Part shown: in pieces, positions 8,665 to 16,135 of the stretch
Numbering within the stretch: position 1 is the stretch's first letter
How the letters are laid out: the number at the start of each line of letters is the position of its first letter
Program-made: the position numbers and the translations under genes
DNA from: Geotalea daltonii FRC-32
GTDB lineage: Bacteria > Desulfobacterota > Desulfuromonadia > Geobacterales > Geobacteraceae
Assembly: GCF_000022265.1 (NCBI RefSeq)
Contig: NC_011979.1
Span: 1,710,001-1,742,000 of the forward strand
Direction: 5' to 3'
DNA: 32,000 nt
The notes under the pieces: model-generated
The model's input: only the letters and a program-made list of their open reading frames with translations
Database searches by the model: none
Told to the model about the DNA's origin: nothing

Positions 8665-9744
8665 ATGGACCATTATTACTGGTTTGCCCTTAAATCTGTT
8701 CCAGGTGTGGGAAACGTCACTTTCCGCAAGCTTCTGGAAGCCTTCGAGACACCGGAGCGAGTGCTGAAGGCTTCAGTCAATGAACTGGCGCGGGTGAAAG
8801 GAATTTCACCGAATCTTGCTGCTTCCATCGTCACTCATGAGTATAGGCGGATTGCCGATCTTGAATGCGAGGCGGTGGCGAGGCAGGGTGTCATTATCGT
8901 CGATTTTCTGGCTGCGGAATACCCGAAGATCCTGCTGCAGATAAACGATCCTCCTCCTTATCTTTATGTGAAGGGGAAACTGTGCGGCTCGGAAACTTCT
9001 GTTGCCATCGTCGGTTCCCGTCGTGCTTCCACCTATGGCTTGATGACCACCGAGCGACTGGCAGGTGAACTGGCCCTGAATAACGTGACGGTGGTTTCAG
9101 GTATGGCCAGGGGGGTTGATACGGCAGCCCACCGTGGGGCTTTGAAGGCTGAAGGCAGGAGCATCGGCGTCCTGGGTTGCGGCATAGATATAGTCTACCC
9201 GCCGGAGAATCGCCCGCTGTTCAAGGAGATGGAAGAAAAGGGGGCGCTTGTCTCCGAATTTCCCATGGGTACGACACCTCTGGCAGAAAATTTCCCCCGC
9301 CGCAACCGCATAATCAGCGGCATGTCCCAGGGGGTCCTGGTGGTCGAGGCGGTTCAGAACAGCGGATCTCTGATTACCGCACGCTATGCCCTGGAGCAGG
9401 GGCGAGAAATTTTTGCCATTCCTGGTAATATCAACAGTAGTAATTCCAGGGGGACAAATCTGCTGATCAAGCAAGGGGCGAAGCTGGTGGAAGAGGTGGG
9501 GGATATCCTGGAAGAGCTGCATCTGCCCACGGCACCAGCAGGTCAGGCACCTGCGCCGGCCTTCAGTCTTACTCCCCAGGAGGCAGGAATCTTTACCCTG
9601 CTGGCCGAATCGCCACTGCATATTGACGATATCATCGTCAGAAGTGAATTGACAGTGCCCGACCTTTCGGCTATTTTACTCCGCCTGGAGCTGAAGGGGG
9701 CTGTGGTGCAACTCCCCGGCAAACATTTCTCTATAACTAAATAA
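8665..9744 (+). CDS. dprA: DNA processing protein DprA (Smf)
   Basis: 359-aa ORF. DprA Rossmann-like core VAIVGSRRASTYG...VSGMARGVDTAAHRGAL...IGVLGCGIDIVYPPEN...AIPGNI, and a C-terminal winged-helix-like tail. The conserved dprA-topA pairing supports the call. Confidence 0.9.
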   Translation: MDHYYWFALKSVPGVGNVTFRKLLEAFETPERVLKASVNELARVKGISPNLAASIVTHEYRRIADLECEAVARQGVIIVDFLAAEYPKILLQINDPPPYLYVKGKLCGSETSVAIVGSRRASTYGLMTTERLAGELALNNVTVVSGMARGVDTAAHRGALKAEGRSIGVLGCGIDIVYPPENRPLFKEMEEKGALVSEFPMGTTPLAENFPRRNRIISGMSQGVLVVEAVQNSGSLITARYALEQGREIFAIPGNINSSNSRGTNLLIKQGAKLVEEVGDILEELHLPTAPAGQAPAPAFSLTPQEAGIFTLLAESPLHIDDIIVRSELTVPDLSAILLRLELKGAVVQLPGKHFSITK

Positions 9745-9750
9745 TTATCG

Positions 9751-12027
9751 GTGAAAACTATGCCCCAACACCTTGTCATCGTCGAATCTCCGGCCAAGGC
9801 CAAAACTATCGAAAAATTTCTCGGTCCGGACTACAAAGTCCTGGCATCCTTTGGTCATGTGCGGGCCTTGCCCAGCAAGCAGGGATCGGTGGATATCGAA
9901 CACGACTTCGAGCCGAAATATGCAGTTCTGCCGGAGAGCAAGAAGCATATTGACGCCATAAAGAAAGAGCTGAAACAGGCGGATGTGCTGCTTTTGGCCA
10001 CTGACCCGGATCGGGAAGGCGAGGCCATTTCCTGGCACCTCCTGGCAGCACTGGGGCTCGATAAGAAGCCAAACATCGACATCAAGCGGGTGGTTTTCCA
10101 TGAGATAACCAAAGGTGCCATCGTCAATGCGGTGGAAAATCCCAGAGGCATATCCCACGAACTGGTGGATGCCCAGCAGGCCCGCTCGGTGCTGGATTAT
10201 CTGGTCGGTTTCAACCTCTCCCCATTTCTCTGGAAGAAGATTCGTTACGGCCTTTCCGCGGGCCGCGTGCAGTCGGTGGCGCTACGCCTGATCTGCGAGC
10301 GGGAAAAAGAAATCCAGGCCTTCGTCGAGCAGGAATACTGGACCATTGGCGCGGATCTGTCTACAGCCGGCAAGCAGAATTTTACCGCCAATCTGGTAGA
10401 GGCGGACGGCAAGAAGCTGGGAAAATTCGATATCCCCGGTAAGGAAGCTGCCGACAAGCTGATCGAGATTCTTGACAAGGCAACCTACTCTGTGGAGAAG
10501 GTAACGAAGAGTGAGCGTAAGCGGCAACCTTCGCCCCCCTTCACCACCTCTACCCTGCAGCAGGAAGCGGCACGCAAGCTGGGTTTTTCTGCCAAAAAAA
10601 CCATGTCCATAGCCCAGAAGTTGTATGAGGGGATCGATATCGGCGAGGGGACCATCGGTCTCATCACCTACATGCGAACGGACAGCGTCGTTCTTTCCCA
10701 GCAGGCTCTGGATGAGGCTCACCAGGTCATCACTAGCCTCTACGGCAAAGAATATGCCCTGGCAAAACCGCGGGTCTTCAAGAATAAGGCGAAGAATGCC
10801 CAGGAGGCCCATGAGGCTATCCGCCCTACCTACATCAGCAAGACCCCGGTGGAGTTGAAAAAATTCCTCTCTTCGGACCAGTTCAAGCTGTACGACCTGA
10901 TCTGGAAACGGACCGTTGCCTGTCAGATGGCTGAGGCCCTTTTGGACCAGACGTCGGTGGAAATCAGTGCCGGGAAAGGCTATAAATTCAGGGTCGCCGG
11001 CACGGTTATCCGCTTCCCCGGCTTTATGAAGCTCTACATCGAGGGGGTTGACGACGAGACCGAGGAGAAGGAAGGGGTGCTGCCGCCACTCAACGAGGGT
11101 GATAGCCTGCAACTTAGGGACCTGCTGCCCGAGCAGCATTTCACCCAGCCCCCACCTCGTTACACCGAGGCGACGCTGGTCAAGACCCTCGAAGAATATG
11201 GCATCGGCCGGCCTTCCACCTACGCCAGCATCATGAATACTCTGGTGGAGCGCAAGTATGCCCGGTTGGACAAGAAGCGCTTCTTTCCCGAAGATGTGGG
11301 GATGGTGGTCAGCGAACTCTTGGTCAATCACTTCACCAAATACGTGGATTACAACTTCACAGCTTCCTTGGAAGAGGAACTGGATCAGGTTTCCCGTGGA
11401 GAAAAAAAATGGAAACCTCTTCTCCACGAATTCTGGCAGCCATTCCACAATCTGCTCAAGCAGAAGGAGGGGGAAGTCAACAAATCTGACCTGACCACTG
11501 AGGCCACCGACGAGATCTGCCCCGAATGCGGAAAGCCGCTGGTGGTGAAGCTGGGTAAATTCGGCAAGTTCTTTGCCTGTTCCGGGTATCCCGAATGTAA
11601 ATACATCCGTCCCTTGGACAAGGACAAGAAGGAGTCTGCCGAGCCGGTCTTTTCCGAAGAGAAGTGTGAAAAGTGCGGCAGCCAGATGCTGATCAAGGAG
11701 GGCCGCTTCGGCAAATATCTCGCCTGTTCGGCATACCCTGCCTGCAAGAACATGCAGCCGTTGGTTAAACCCAAGGGAACCGGCATTAAATGCGTCGAGT
11801 GTGGCGAAGGGGAGCTGACCGAGAAGAAATCCCGCTACGGCAAAATGTTTTACTCCTGCAACCGCTATCCCCAGTGTAAATTCGCCCTCTGGGACCTGCC
11901 GGTAGAGAAGCCCTGCCCCAAATGCGGTTTCCCGCTGCTGGTGAAGAAGGTCTACAAGCGTGAAGGGGAATTCCTGAAGTGTCCAAAAGATGGATGCGAT
12001 TACAAGGAAGGGGGCAAGGAGAAATAA
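9751..12027 (+). CDS. topA: DNA topoisomerase I
   Basis: 758-aa ORF. TOPRIM N-terminus LVIVESPAKAKTIEKFLG, active-site Tyr region GLITYMRTDS, and four C-terminal C4 zinc ribbons (CPECG...CSGYPEC, CEKCG...CSAYPAC, CVECG...CNRYPQC, CPKCG...CPKDGC). The start is either GTG 9751 or ATG 9760. Confidence 0.95.
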   Translation: MKTMPQHLVIVESPAKAKTIEKFLGPDYKVLASFGHVRALPSKQGSVDIEHDFEPKYAVLPESKKHIDAIKKELKQADVLLLATDPDREGEAISWHLLAALGLDKKPNIDIKRVVFHEITKGAIVNAVENPRGISHELVDAQQARSVLDYLVGFNLSPFLWKKIRYGLSAGRVQSVALRLICEREKEIQAFVEQEYWTIGADLSTAGKQNFTANLVEADGKKLGKFDIPGKEAADKLIEILDKATYSVEKVTKSERKRQPSPPFTTSTLQQEAARKLGFSAKKTMSIAQKLYEGIDIGEGTIGLITYMRTDSVVLSQQALDEAHQVITSLYGKEYALAKPRVFKNKAKNAQEAHEAIRPTYISKTPVELKKFLSSDQFKLYDLIWKRTVACQMAEALLDQTSVEISAGKGYKFRVAGTVIRFPGFMKLYIEGVDDETEEKEGVLPPLNEGDSLQLRDLLPEQHFTQPPPRYTEATLVKTLEEYGIGRPSTYASIMNTLVERKYARLDKKRFFPEDVGMVVSELLVNHFTKYVDYNFTASLEEELDQVSRGEKKWKPLLHEFWQPFHNLLKQKEGEVNKSDLTTEATDEICPECGKPLVVKLGKFGKFFACSGYPECKYIRPLDKDKKESAEPVFSEEKCEKCGSQMLIKEGRFGKYLACSAYPACKNMQPLVKPKGTGIKCVECGEGELTEKKSRYGKMFYSCNRYPQCKFALWDLPVEKPCPKCGFPLLVKKVYKREGEFLKCPKDGCDYKEGGKEK

Positions 12028-12054
12028 AATTGCCCCTGGATAGAGAGAAAAGGC

Positions 12055-12081
12055 GCGGGAATATTTTCCTTCGCTTTTTTT
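12055..12081 (+). terminator. Weak candidate rho-independent terminator after topA
   Basis: Short interrupted hairpin GCGGGAA-TATT-TTCC(TT)CGC followed by T7. The stem is weak. Confidence 0.4.
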
Positions 12082-12161
12082 GTTGCTGCAAAGGAAAGTG
12101 TCGTCTTGCGCCATTGCGACGAAAGAATTTCAATGTTGGCAGGGACTTCTGAAGCCTACTC

Positions 12162-12340
12162 TAGTTTCCATCCGGAAACTCCGGATGAGAACTAGTGGTT
12201 TCCGATTCGGAAAGAGGGGATTTTTTGTTCTGGCAAGGAAATCAAGGGTTTGCGCGGAGACGTACATCGGTACGTCGCACAAGTAAGCCCGCAGATTGAC
12301 GCCGCCAGGGCAGAAAAGAACCCTTTCCGGATGGAAACTA
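12162..12340. repeat. 179-bp structured element bounded by a 17-bp perfect inverted repeat (candidate MITE-like element or structured RNA / 3' UTR)
   Basis: TAGTTTCCATCCGGAAA (12162-12178) is the exact reverse complement of TTTCCGGATGGAAACTA (12324-12340). Internal hairpins include TTTCCG-ATT-CGGAAA, GACGTAC-ATCG-GTACGTC and AGAAC...GTTCT. The right arm ends 2 nt from the stop codon of the 12343-12543 ORF. Confidence 0.6.
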
Positions 12341-12342
12341 CT

Positions 12343-12543
12343 CTAATTCAGATATTCGTCATACCCTCTTTTTCCCGGTCCTCCATAGGGCTGCATCCTC
12401 TGCCTGATGGGGTCTTCCCCTATGCAGACCCAGCCGGATGACCTTTCAAAGGCAACAATCTGATGCAACTCTATCAGCCGGCCAATGACCGATGCCGGCA
12501 CCGAATCAACGACTCCGTCTGCATACATCACCCGTACCTTCAT
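12343..12543 (-). CDS. Small hypothetical protein (66 aa), paralog of the adjacent 12607-12819 ORF
   Basis: MKVRVMYADGVVDSVPASVIGRLIELHQIVAFERSSGWVCIGEDPIRQRMQPYGGPGKRGYDEYLN. An SD-like GGAAGGAA lies 7 nt before the ATG. Protein-level similarity to the neighbouring ORF supports translation. Confidence 0.6.
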   Translation of the reverse strand: MKVRVMYADGVVDSVPASVIGRLIELHQIVAFERSSGWVCIGEDPIRQRMQPYGGPGKRGYDEYLN

Positions 12544-12581
12544 CGCCGATTTCCTTCCCTTAAGTGGTTTATGTGTTCAGG

Positions 12582-12597
12582 AGCAACCGTGATGCCT
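12582..12597 (-). promoter_or_regulatory. Candidate sigma-54 (-24/-12) promoter for the 12343-12543 ORF
   Basis: The minus strand reads AGGCAT-CACGG-TTGCT, against the consensus TGGCAC-N5-TTGCW. The invariant GG and GC are at the correct 12-nt register. It lies about 40 nt upstream of the ATG at 12543, in the 63-bp gap between the two small ORFs. Confidence 0.5.
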
Positions 12598-12606
12598 AAG
12601 CCATTG

Positions 12607-12819
12607 CTATCCTATATAATCATCGTAATCCGTTATCCGCTTCTTTGAACCGGAATAAGGTCTACTCTGATAGTCCTTACGCAACGGGCCACTCTCGATC
12701 AAAACCCAGCCGTCGGATCTTTGAAATGCGTGGATTTCCTTTTTGGCAATCCGGTATTCCAGCGAGGTGGCTGGAACTGCTCCGACACTGCCGTCGTTGT
12801 AGATGACCTTGATATCCAC
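12607..12819 (-). CDS. Small hypothetical protein (70 aa from the GTG; 81 aa if ATG 12852 is used), paralog of the 12343-12543 ORF
   Basis: (V)DIKVIYNDGSVGAVPATSLEYRIAKKEIHAFQRSDGWVLIESGPLRKDYQSRPYSGSKKRITDYDDYIG. AGGAGG (12829-12834) lies 9 nt upstream of the GTG at 12819. The paralog alignment starts at this point. ATG 12852 lies only 6 nt downstream of the predicted -10 box, so it is unlikely to be used. Confidence 0.6.
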   Translation of the reverse strand: MDIKVIYNDGSVGAVPATSLEYRIAKKEIHAFQRSDGWVLIESGPLRKDYQSRPYSGSKKRITDYDDYIG

Positions 12820-12858
12820 AATACTCCACCTCCTGTTTGGAATGGGACTCAAGGTAAA

Positions 12859-12887
12859 ATTATACCTGATAATGGGAGATGTTTGCA
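12859..12887 (-). promoter_or_regulatory. Candidate sigma-70 promoter for the upstream small ORF
   Basis: Perfect TATAAT on the minus strand (12864-12859), with a poor -35 (TGCAAA) at 17-nt spacing. Confidence 0.35.
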
Positions 12888-13078
12888 GATGGCTTGCGAT
12901 CTTTTCCGGGTTTTAGAGGCAGCTTTTTCAAGGGAAGGGCTTTATGGGATGATTGAACTTGTAAATGACTGACCCTTTTGATACACAGTAGGTGTTGGCA
13001 TGCGCACAGGGCCTATTTGTCGACCAGACCAGCTCGAATGGTGATTACGGCCATTGCGGGCATTAAGACTTGGGGATT

Positions 13079-14392
13079 ATGAACAATAATAAGATTAAGA
13101 TAATCGGTGGCGGGCTGGCCGGCTGCGAAGCGGCGTGGCAGGCGGCTGAACGCGGTGTTGCCGTAAAACTGCACGAGATGAAGCCGGAACGCTACTCTCC
13201 TGCCCATCACCTGCCCGGGCTGGCAGAACTGGTCTGCTCAAACTCCCTCCGGGGCGAGTCACTGGATAACGCTGTTGGCCTCCTCAAGGAGGAACTGAAG
13301 AGAAGCGGTTCACTGTTCATTGCCGCTGCCCTTGCCACCCGTGTCCCTGCCGGAGGGGCGCTGGCCGTTGATCGGCAGCTTTTTTCCGATTATATTACCG
13401 AGAAAATCACCAATCATCCTTTGATCGAAGTGGTGTACGGCGAGGTTGCCCAGATTCCTGAGGAAGGAATCGTCATTGTCGCTTCCGGCCCCCTTACCAG
13501 TGACCGCCTCGCCGCCAGTATCGCCACCCATACCGGCAACTACCTTTATTTTTATGATGCAATTGCTCCCATCGTCACTGCCGATTCCATCGATTTCGGC
13601 AAGGCCTTCCGGGCTTCACGCTATGGTAAGGGGGACGGCGACGATTACCTGAACTGCCCGATGGATGAGACAACATACAAAGCATTTGTTGCCGCTCTGT
13701 TGGGGGGGGACAAGGTTGCTGCCAAGGATTTCGAAAAGGTGGTACACTTTGAAGGGTGCATGCCCATTGAGGAGATGGCGGAGCGCGGTCCAGAGACTTT
13801 GCGTTTCGGGCCGATGAAGCCGGTGGGGCTTCCGGACCCCCGGACGGGTGTGGAACCTTATGCGGTGGTTCAGCTCAGGCAGGAGAATCGCGATGGAACC
13901 CTGTTCAACCTGGTCGGCTTCCAGACAAAGCTAACTTATTCCGAGCAGAAGAGGATTTTCAGCTTGATCCCGGGGCTGGAGCATGCCGACTTTGTCAGGC
14001 TTGGCTCGATGCACCGCAATACCTTTATCAACGCACCGCAGCTCTTGTTGCCCACATTCCAGCTGAAGAATACCCCTCGTATCCTTTTTGCCGGACAGAT
14101 AACCGGCGTTGAGGGCTATGTGGAATCGGCGGGGAGCGGCTTCATGGCCGGAATCAATGTTGCACGACTGGCAAAGGGAGGGGCGCTGACCGTGCCGCCG
14201 CCGACCACGGCACTTGGCGCTTTGGTGCACCACATAACAAGCGTTGACACGAAACATTTCCAGCCGATGAATGTCAATTACGGCCTGTTCCCTGAGCTTG
14301 GCGGAAAGGTGAAAAAGAAGGACAAGCGGGCCCGCCTGGCAGAACGTGCTTTGACTGATCTGACAGAATGGCAGGGGATGGTTCAGGATTAA
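13079..14392 (+). CDS. trmFO: Methylenetetrahydrofolate--tRNA-(uracil54-C5)-methyltransferase TrmFO (Gid)
   Basis: [29 protein letters not shown]-binding N-terminus, and LVCSNSLRG...GFQTKL...[16 protein letters not shown]-type motifs throughout. ATG 13079 is preferred over the track's TTG at 13070. Confidence 0.93.
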   Translation: MNNNKIKIIGGGLAGCEAAWQAAERGVAVKLHEMKPERYSPAHHLPGLAELVCSNSLRGESLDNAVGLLKEELKRSGSLFIAAALATRVPAGGALAVDRQLFSDYITEKITNHPLIEVVYGEVAQIPEEGIVIVASGPLTSDRLAASIATHTGNYLYFYDAIAPIVTADSIDFGKAFRASRYGKGDGDDYLNCPMDETTYKAFVAALLGGDKVAAKDFEKVVHFEGCMPIEEMAERGPETLRFGPMKPVGLPDPRTGVEPYAVVQLRQENRDGTLFNLVGFQTKLTYSEQKRIFSLIPGLEHADFVRLGSMHRNTFINAPQLLLPTFQLKNTPRILFAGQITGVEGYVESAGSGFMAGINVARLAKGGALTVPPPTTALGALVHHITSVDTKHFQPMNVNYGLFPELGGKVKKKDKRARLAERALTDLTEWQGMVQD

Positions 14393-14430
14393 TGCTACGA
14401 AGGCAGCTTTTAGAGCGAATAGAGGTGTAA

Positions 14431-14721
14431 ATGGACAACGACAAGCAGAAGCAGGAGATCTCACTGATAGGCAGGCTTCTTTCAATGGAGGCGTTGCTGA
14501 TCCTGATGGGCCTTTTTTGTCTCATCTCGGGATTTGCTACCGGGGAGGCAACCCAGATATTCTGGGGGGTGATGATCATTGGCGGTGCCATTCTCCTCCA
14601 CTTGGTCAGAAAAAAAGACTGGAAAAAACATTGGGAAGAGCAGGAGCGCCAGAAATCCCTTTATGAGATGAAGGCTCGGGAAAGAAAGGAACGGGAGCGC
14701 CAGGATGCCGAAAAACTTTAA
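14431..14721 (+). CDS. Small membrane protein (two predicted TM helices plus a highly charged C-terminal tail), function unknown
   Basis: 96-aa ORF. AGAGGTG SD, hydrophobic segments ALLILMGLFCLISGF and IFWGVMIIGGAILLHL, then KKDWKKHWEEQERQKSLYEMKARERKERERQDAEKL. It overlaps the maf start by 17 nt. Confidence 0.55.
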   Translation: MDNDKQKQEISLIGRLLSMEALLILMGLFCLISGFATGEATQIFWGVMIIGGAILLHLVRKKDWKKHWEEQERQKSLYEMKARERKERERQDAEKL

Positions 14722-15283
14722 TATCGTTCTGGCTTCGGCATCGCCGCGCCGGGTTGAATTGCTTTCTTCTGCCGGGATCGATTTCGAGGTGATGCCCGGT
14801 GATGTTGACGAAACCCTCCTGCCGGGGGAAACACCCGAACAGCATGTGCTGAGACTGGCGAAGTCCAAGGCGGAAACCGTAGCGCGGAAAGGACATGGCC
14901 GTTATTTCATCGGCGCCGATACCATTGTTGTCTGTGACGGCGAAATAATGGGCAAGCCGCAGGATTCCACCGATGCGGAGCGGATGCTGAAGAAACTGTC
15001 GGGAGTTGCCCATGAGGTCATCACCGGCTTTGCCGTGGTCGACAGGGAAGCAGGCTGCACCGTTGCCGAAGCGGTGAGGACGAAGGTATATTTCAAGCCG
15101 CTACGCGACGAGGAGATTGCCGCATATATCGCCACTGGCTGCCCATTTGACAAGGCCGGAGCCTATGCCATCCAGGGGGGTGCTGCCCATATGGTGCGTA
15201 AGATCGACGGCTCCTATTCCAACGTGGTCGGATTGCCCCTGTGCGAAGTTGTTGAAACGCTCAGAAATATGGGAGCCCTTTGA
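14705..15283 (+). CDS. maf: Maf-like nucleoside-triphosphate pyrophosphatase (septum formation protein Maf)
   Basis: 192-aa ORF with the LASASPRRVELL N-terminal motif, GADTIV, KAGAYAIQG and VVGLPL motifs. Confidence 0.9.
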   Translation: MPKNFNIVLASASPRRVELLSSAGIDFEVMPGDVDETLLPGETPEQHVLRLAKSKAETVARKGHGRYFIGADTIVVCDGEIMGKPQDSTDAERMLKKLSGVAHEVITGFAVVDREAGCTVAEAVRTKVYFKPLRDEEIAAYIATGCPFDKAGAYAIQGGAAHMVRKIDGSYSNVVGLPLCEVVETLRNMGAL

Positions 15284-15293
15284 CAGGTGTTCT

Positions 15294-15986
15294 ATGTCCA
15301 TAGCTGATAACCTCGGGCAGATAGAGAAAAGAATCGAAAAAGCCGCTGTTAAAGCCGGTCGGGAACCTGCCTCAGTGCGTCTGGTGGTGGTATCCAAGAT
15401 GCAACAGCCCTCTGCGGTTGATGATGCTGCGCGGGCAGGTCAGCGGCTATTTGGTGAAAATTATGTCCAGGAACTGGTGTCCAAAGTCAGCCAAGTGGGA
15501 GAGCAGGTGACCTGGCACTTCATCGGCAGCCTGCAATCCAACAAGGTGAGGCAGATTGCCGGACTGGTGGAAATGATCCATTCGGTGGACAGGCTCTCGC
15601 TGGCCCGGGAGATTGACCGGCAATGGCAGAAACTGGGCCGGATATGCAACGTGCTGGTCCAGGTGAATGTTGCCGGGGAAGCTACCAAATCCGGATCTTC
15701 CGCCGGGGAATTGCTGGAGCTGGTGCGTAATATCTCCCTTTTGCCAAATGTGCGAATCAAGGGGCTGATGACCATGCCTCCCTTCTTTGATGACCCCGAA
15801 GGGGCGCGCCCCTATTTCCGCGAACTGAGGGATCTGTCACGGATGATCGCAGATGAACCTATTGCCAATGTGGAGATGAACGAGCTTTCCATGGGGATGT
15901 CCGGAGATTTCGAGGTGGCCATCGAGGAAGGCGCTACACTGGTCAGGGTCGGCTCGGCCATATTTGGCGAGCGGCAGGCGAGTTAG
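15294..15986 (+). CDS. yggS: YggS-family pyridoxal-phosphate homeostasis protein
   Basis: Start at ATG 15294 (MSIADNLGQIEKRIEKA...). The track's 15117 start overlaps maf in another frame. Motifs: VVVSK (PLP-Lys), FGENYVQE, HFIGSLQSNK, LSMGMSGDFEVAIEEGATLVRVGSAIFG. Confidence 0.88.
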   Translation: MSIADNLGQIEKRIEKAAVKAGREPASVRLVVVSKMQQPSAVDDAARAGQRLFGENYVQELVSKVSQVGEQVTWHFIGSLQSNKVRQIAGLVEMIHSVDRLSLAREIDRQWQKLGRICNVLVQVNVAGEATKSGSSAGELLELVRNISLLPNVRIKGLMTMPPFFDDPEGARPYFRELRDLSRMIADEPIANVEMNELSMGMSGDFEVAIEEGATLVRVGSAIFGERQAS

Positions 15987-16016
15987 CACTGAGATATTAT
16001 TGGATTGAAGGTACAG

Positions 16017-16046
16017 GGAGATGCCCCTTATGCGTCTCCTTTTTTT
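16017..16046 (+). terminator. Rho-independent terminator after yggS
   Basis: 8-bp stem GGAGATGC / GCGTCTCC (one G-U pair), 7-nt loop, followed by T7. Confidence 0.7.
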
Positions 16047-16135
16047 GTGGCGCTACAGCAGAATCGCGAATTTTTGCCCTTGATTTATAGCCGGATTTGC
16101 TTTAGATAGAGCGGTCTGCTGAAAAACAAAAGGAT

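Noticed and set aside
10282-12114. 610-aa minus-strand ORF
   Set aside because: It is entirely antisense to topA, which has unmistakable TOPRIM, active-site and zinc-ribbon motifs. The product is low-complexity (L/G/R/Q-rich) with no motif, so it is a typical shadow ORF in GC-rich DNA.
12162-12340. The idea that the inverted-repeat element is a GEMM (c-di-GMP/cGAMP) riboswitch, 6S RNA or SRP RNA
   Set aside because: I could not find the conserved GEMM segments (GGCAAACC...ACGCAAAGCC) or the SRP domain IV motif. A 17-bp closing helix is atypical for riboswitches. The size is compatible with 6S RNA, but I cannot support a central-bubble architecture by eye. It is left as an unclassified element.
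12080-12441. Plus-strand ORFs 12080-12286 (68 aa) and 12250-12441 (63 aa) in the islet
   Set aside because: They have no SD, run through the inverted-repeat element or antisense to the small paralog, and have Arg/Cys/Phe-rich compositions. They are not supported as genes.
12996-13012. TGGCAT-GCGCA-CAGGG, a sigma-54-like -24 element upstream of trmFO
   Set aside because: The -12 position has GG rather than the invariant GC at the required register, so it is probably a chance TGGCA occurrence.
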